Of a DNA stretch of 29,553 nucleotides, positions 27,209-29,553 are shown one piece after another. How positions within the stretch are numbered: the stretch's first letter is position 1; the number at the start of each line of letters is the position of its first letter. The notes under the pieces are model-generated. The model did no database searches, was not told where the DNA came from, and worked only from the letters and a program-made list of their open reading frames with translations. The position numbers were made by a program, and so were the translations under genes. Origin of the DNA: a virus (taxonomy: Duplodnaviria; Heunggongvirae; Uroviricota; Caudoviricetes); IMG/VR virus record IMGVR_UViG_2579778538_000006, positions 1-29,553 of that record; one strand, written 5' to 3'.

Positions 27209-28436
27209 CAATGTAAAATTACAGGTATTGCTCAGGGCTGTTGACCAGGCATCCCGCCCGTTTAAATCCATCCGCACAGCGAGCAAGTCGCTGTCGGGGG
27301 ATATCCGGGAAACACAAAAATCACTGCGCGAGCTGAACGGTCACGCATCCCGTATTGAGGGATTCCGCAAGACCAGTGCACAGCTCGCCGTGACTGGTCA
27401 GGAACTGAAAAAAGCCAGACAGGAAGCCGCAGCTCTGGCAGTCCAGTTTAAAAATACTGAACGACCGACAAATGCACAGGCAAAGGCAATGGAAGCCGCG
27501 CGTAAAAATGCGTCTGAGTTACAGGCGAAATATAACAGCCTGAGATTGTCGGTACAGCGCCAGCGTCAGGAATTGAGTCAGACGGGTATTAATACCCGCA
27601 ATCTTGCACATGATGAGCAGGGACTGAAAAACCGTATCAGTGAAACCACCGCACAGCTTAACCGTCAGCGCGACGCGCTGGCGCGTGTCAGTGCGCAACA
27701 GGCAAAACTTAACGCAGTAAAACAGCGTTATCAGGCAGGCAAGGAACTGGCCGGAAATATGGCCTCAGTGGGCGCTGCCGGTGTGGGGATTGCTGCTGCG
27801 GGAACGATGGCCGGAGTTAAGCTGCTGATGCCCGGTTATGAGTTTGCGCAGAAAAACTCAGAATTGCAGGCCGTGCTAGGTGTGGCAAAAGACTCCGCCG
27901 AAATGGCCGCGCTCCGCAAGCAGGCGCGCCAGCTCGGCGATAATACCGCCGCCTCGGCAGATGATGCAGCAGCAGCTCAAATCATCGTGGCTAAATCGGG
28001 AGCGGATAAAAATGGCATCCTGGCACAAACACCGGCCATTTTGAATATGTCACTGGCAAACAAGAAAACGATGGAGGAAAACGCCACTTTACTTATTGGG
28101 ACAAAATCGGCATTCGGGCTTGCTGACGATAAGGCTTCCCATATTGCTGATGTTATTTCAATGACGATGAATAAATCGCAAGCCACATTCGAGGGACTAA
28201 GTGATTCACTTACCTATGTCGGGCCAGTGGCAAAAGATGCAGGTGTCAGCCTGGAAGAAACAGCAGCAATGTTAGGTGCATTACACGATGCAAATATCAG
28301 TGGGTCTATGGCTGGCACAGGAAGTCGAGCAGTACTGAGTCGTTTGCAGGCACCAACCGGGAAAGCGTATGACGCTATTAAAGAGCTTGGCGTAAAGACA
28401 ACTGACAGCAAAGGTAATACGTGCGTATTTTCATGA
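27201..28436 (+). pseudogene. T: Tail tape measure protein T, 3'-truncated (411 aa remaining) by IS insertion
   Basis: Alpha-helical, Ala/Gln-rich N-terminal half typical of tape-measure proteins; reading frame ends abruptly at 28436 where IS21-family terminal repeats begin; P2 T is recalled as about 815 aa. Confidence 0.8.
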
Positions 28437-28439
28437 AAG

Positions 28440-28550
28440 GAGATCACTCAATAACTTCCATCGAGATCGGGTAATAACATTTGAACAGATCGCTGAATAA
28501 CATCGATGGAGATCACTTTTGACTCATTTTGTTATTCAGTGATCTCCATC
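28440..28550. repeat. IS21-family terminal multiple repeats (three copies of GGAGATCACT / AGTGATCTCC)
   Basis: Copies at 28440-28449, 28510-28519 and inverted at 28541-28550; additional ATAACATCGATGGAGATCAC / GTGATCTCCATCAATGTTAT inverted pair. Confidence 0.7.
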
Positions 28551-28614
28551 AATGTTATTGGAACTTCACAGGTGTGTTGATCTGTATCTTTTGCCATTCC
28601 GGTAAAGGATACCT

Positions 28615-29553
28615 ATGCCAACAGTTCCAATTTCTATGAGAAAACTTAAAGAAATTCTTAGGCTTAAATACGGTGTTGGACTCAGCCATCGACAAATTGG
28701 TCGTAGTCTTGCAATCTCCCCTTCCGTTGTATCCAGATATGCTAATCGGGCGGCTCAACTTGGCATAAAGCAGTGGCCCTTACCTACAGGATGGGATGAT
28801 ACAAAACTAAAACATGCGTTCCTTCAGACCCAGGTTAAGATGAAGAAGCACTCTCTGCCTGACTGGGCTACAGTACACCGGGAACTGCGTAATAAATGCG
28901 TGACGCTGCAGCTACTCTGGGAAGAATACTGTGAGCGTAATCCAGGCGGTTTTTACAGCTATAACCATTACTGCCGGATGTACCGTGAATGGCTCAAAAC
29001 CACTTCACCATCAATGCGTCAGGTACATAAAGCTGGCGAAAAACTTTTCGTTGATTACTGTGGACCTACCGTTGGCGTTACCGACCCTGAGACCGGAGAA
29101 ATAAGAACTGCTCAGGTCATCGTAGCTGTTCTCGGGGCATCAAGTTACACATGGGCAGAGGCCACCTGGTCTCAGCAGCTTGAAGACTGGGTGATGAGTC
29201 ATGTTCGCTGCTTCCAGTGGTTGGGTGGCGTTCCTGAACTTGTTGTTCCGGACAATCTGAAAAGCGCCACATCCAGGGCATGTAAGTATGATCCTGACGT
29301 TAACCCTACCTACCAGCAGATGCTTGAGCATTATAATGTCGCAGTTTTGCCTGCGCGGCCACGTAAACCGAAAGATAAAGCCAAAGCTGAAGTTGGCGTT
29401 CAGGTTGTTGAACGCTGGATCATGGCCCGAATCAGGCATGAGATCTTCTACAGCCTTGCATCGCTTAATCAGCGCATTCGGGAGTTGCTGGAAAGACTGA
29501 ATAACAAAATAATGCAGAAGTTGGGTTATTCACGTGCAGAACTCTTCATCCAG
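28615..29553 (+). CDS. istA: IS21-family transposase IstA (5' partial; no stop within window)
   Basis: Frame open from ATG 28615 to window end (313 codons, translated by hand); N-terminal HTH (LKEILRLKYGVGLSHRQIGRSLAIS) and DDE-type core (FVDYCGP...VPDN...) typical of IstA; AAAGGA RBS upstream. Not in the ORF track because it lacks a stop in the window. Confidence 0.85.
   Translation, partial: MPTVPISMRKLKEILRLKYGVGLSHRQIGRSLAISPSVVSRYANRAAQLGIKQWPLPTGWDDTKLKHAFLQTQVKMKKHSLPDWATVHRELRNKCVTLQLLWEEYCERNPGGFYSYNHYCRMYREWLKTTSPSMRQVHKAGEKLFVDYCGPTVGVTDPETGEIRTAQVIVAVLGASSYTWAEATWSQQLEDWVMSHVRCFQWLGGVPELVVPDNLKSATSRACKYDPDVNPTYQQMLEHYNVAVLPARPRKPKDKAKAEVGVQVVERWIMARIRHEIFYSLASLNQRIRELLERLNNKIMQKLGYSRAELFIQ

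Larger units (their letters stand above)
28421..29553 (+). mobile_element. IS21-family insertion sequence, left end and 5' part (continues beyond window); left boundary approximate (+/- 20 bp)
   Basis: Cluster of GGAGATCACT repeats in direct and inverted orientation (28440-28550), as in the multiple terminal repeats of IS21-family elements, followed by an istA-like transposase ORF; interrupts gene T. Confidence 0.75.

Noticed and set aside
27201-28436. Treating the 411-aa T ORF as an intact short tape measure
   Set aside because: The frame ends exactly at the IS terminal repeats and is about half the expected length; interpreted as truncated.
28440-28550. Short direct and inverted repeats as a possible CRISPR array
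   Set aside because: Only three short copies with irregular spacing and mixed orientation, directly upstream of an istA transposase; fits IS21-family terminal repeats, not CRISPR.
28555-29439. Minus-strand ORFs (28555-28758, 29140-29439) in the IS region
   Set aside because: Antisense to the continuous istA reading frame; no support.

Overview
The window reads as the left arm of a P2-like (Peduovirus-type) temperate myovirus prophage of an enterobacterium, in canonical prophage order. The calls rest on synteny, protein lengths that match recalled P2 gene sizes, and motifs I can read directly; no database search was possible. Order: integrase and C repressor (minus strand), then the early operon (cox, B-like, small ORFs, TraR/DksA zinc finger, replication protein A), an accessory region, a cos site, portal Q and terminase P (minus strand), and the late operons (O, N, M, L, X, holin, endolysin, LysA/B/C, R, S, V, W, J, I, tail fibre H, G, sheath FI, tube FII, E/E', T). 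Three things stand out. (1) Two visibly AT-rich cargo islands sit in the classic P2 moron slots (A-cos, i.e. the tin/old position, and G-FI, i.e. the Z/fun position). Each encodes a protein with an 'hLS...RNxxxH' signature suggestive of a HEPN-type RNase; the first is paired with a membrane protein and carries a C-terminal Cys-rich zinc-ribbon tail. These are my best candidates for an uncharacterised anti-phage or abortive-infection module. (2) Tape-measure gene T is cut short at about half its expected length by an IS21-family element (5'-partial istA running off the window end), so the prophage is probably tail-defective. (3) Tail fibre H is enlarged (911 aa) with three degenerate tandem repeat modules. 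The left attachment site is not in the window; int's stop codon sits at positions 1-3.
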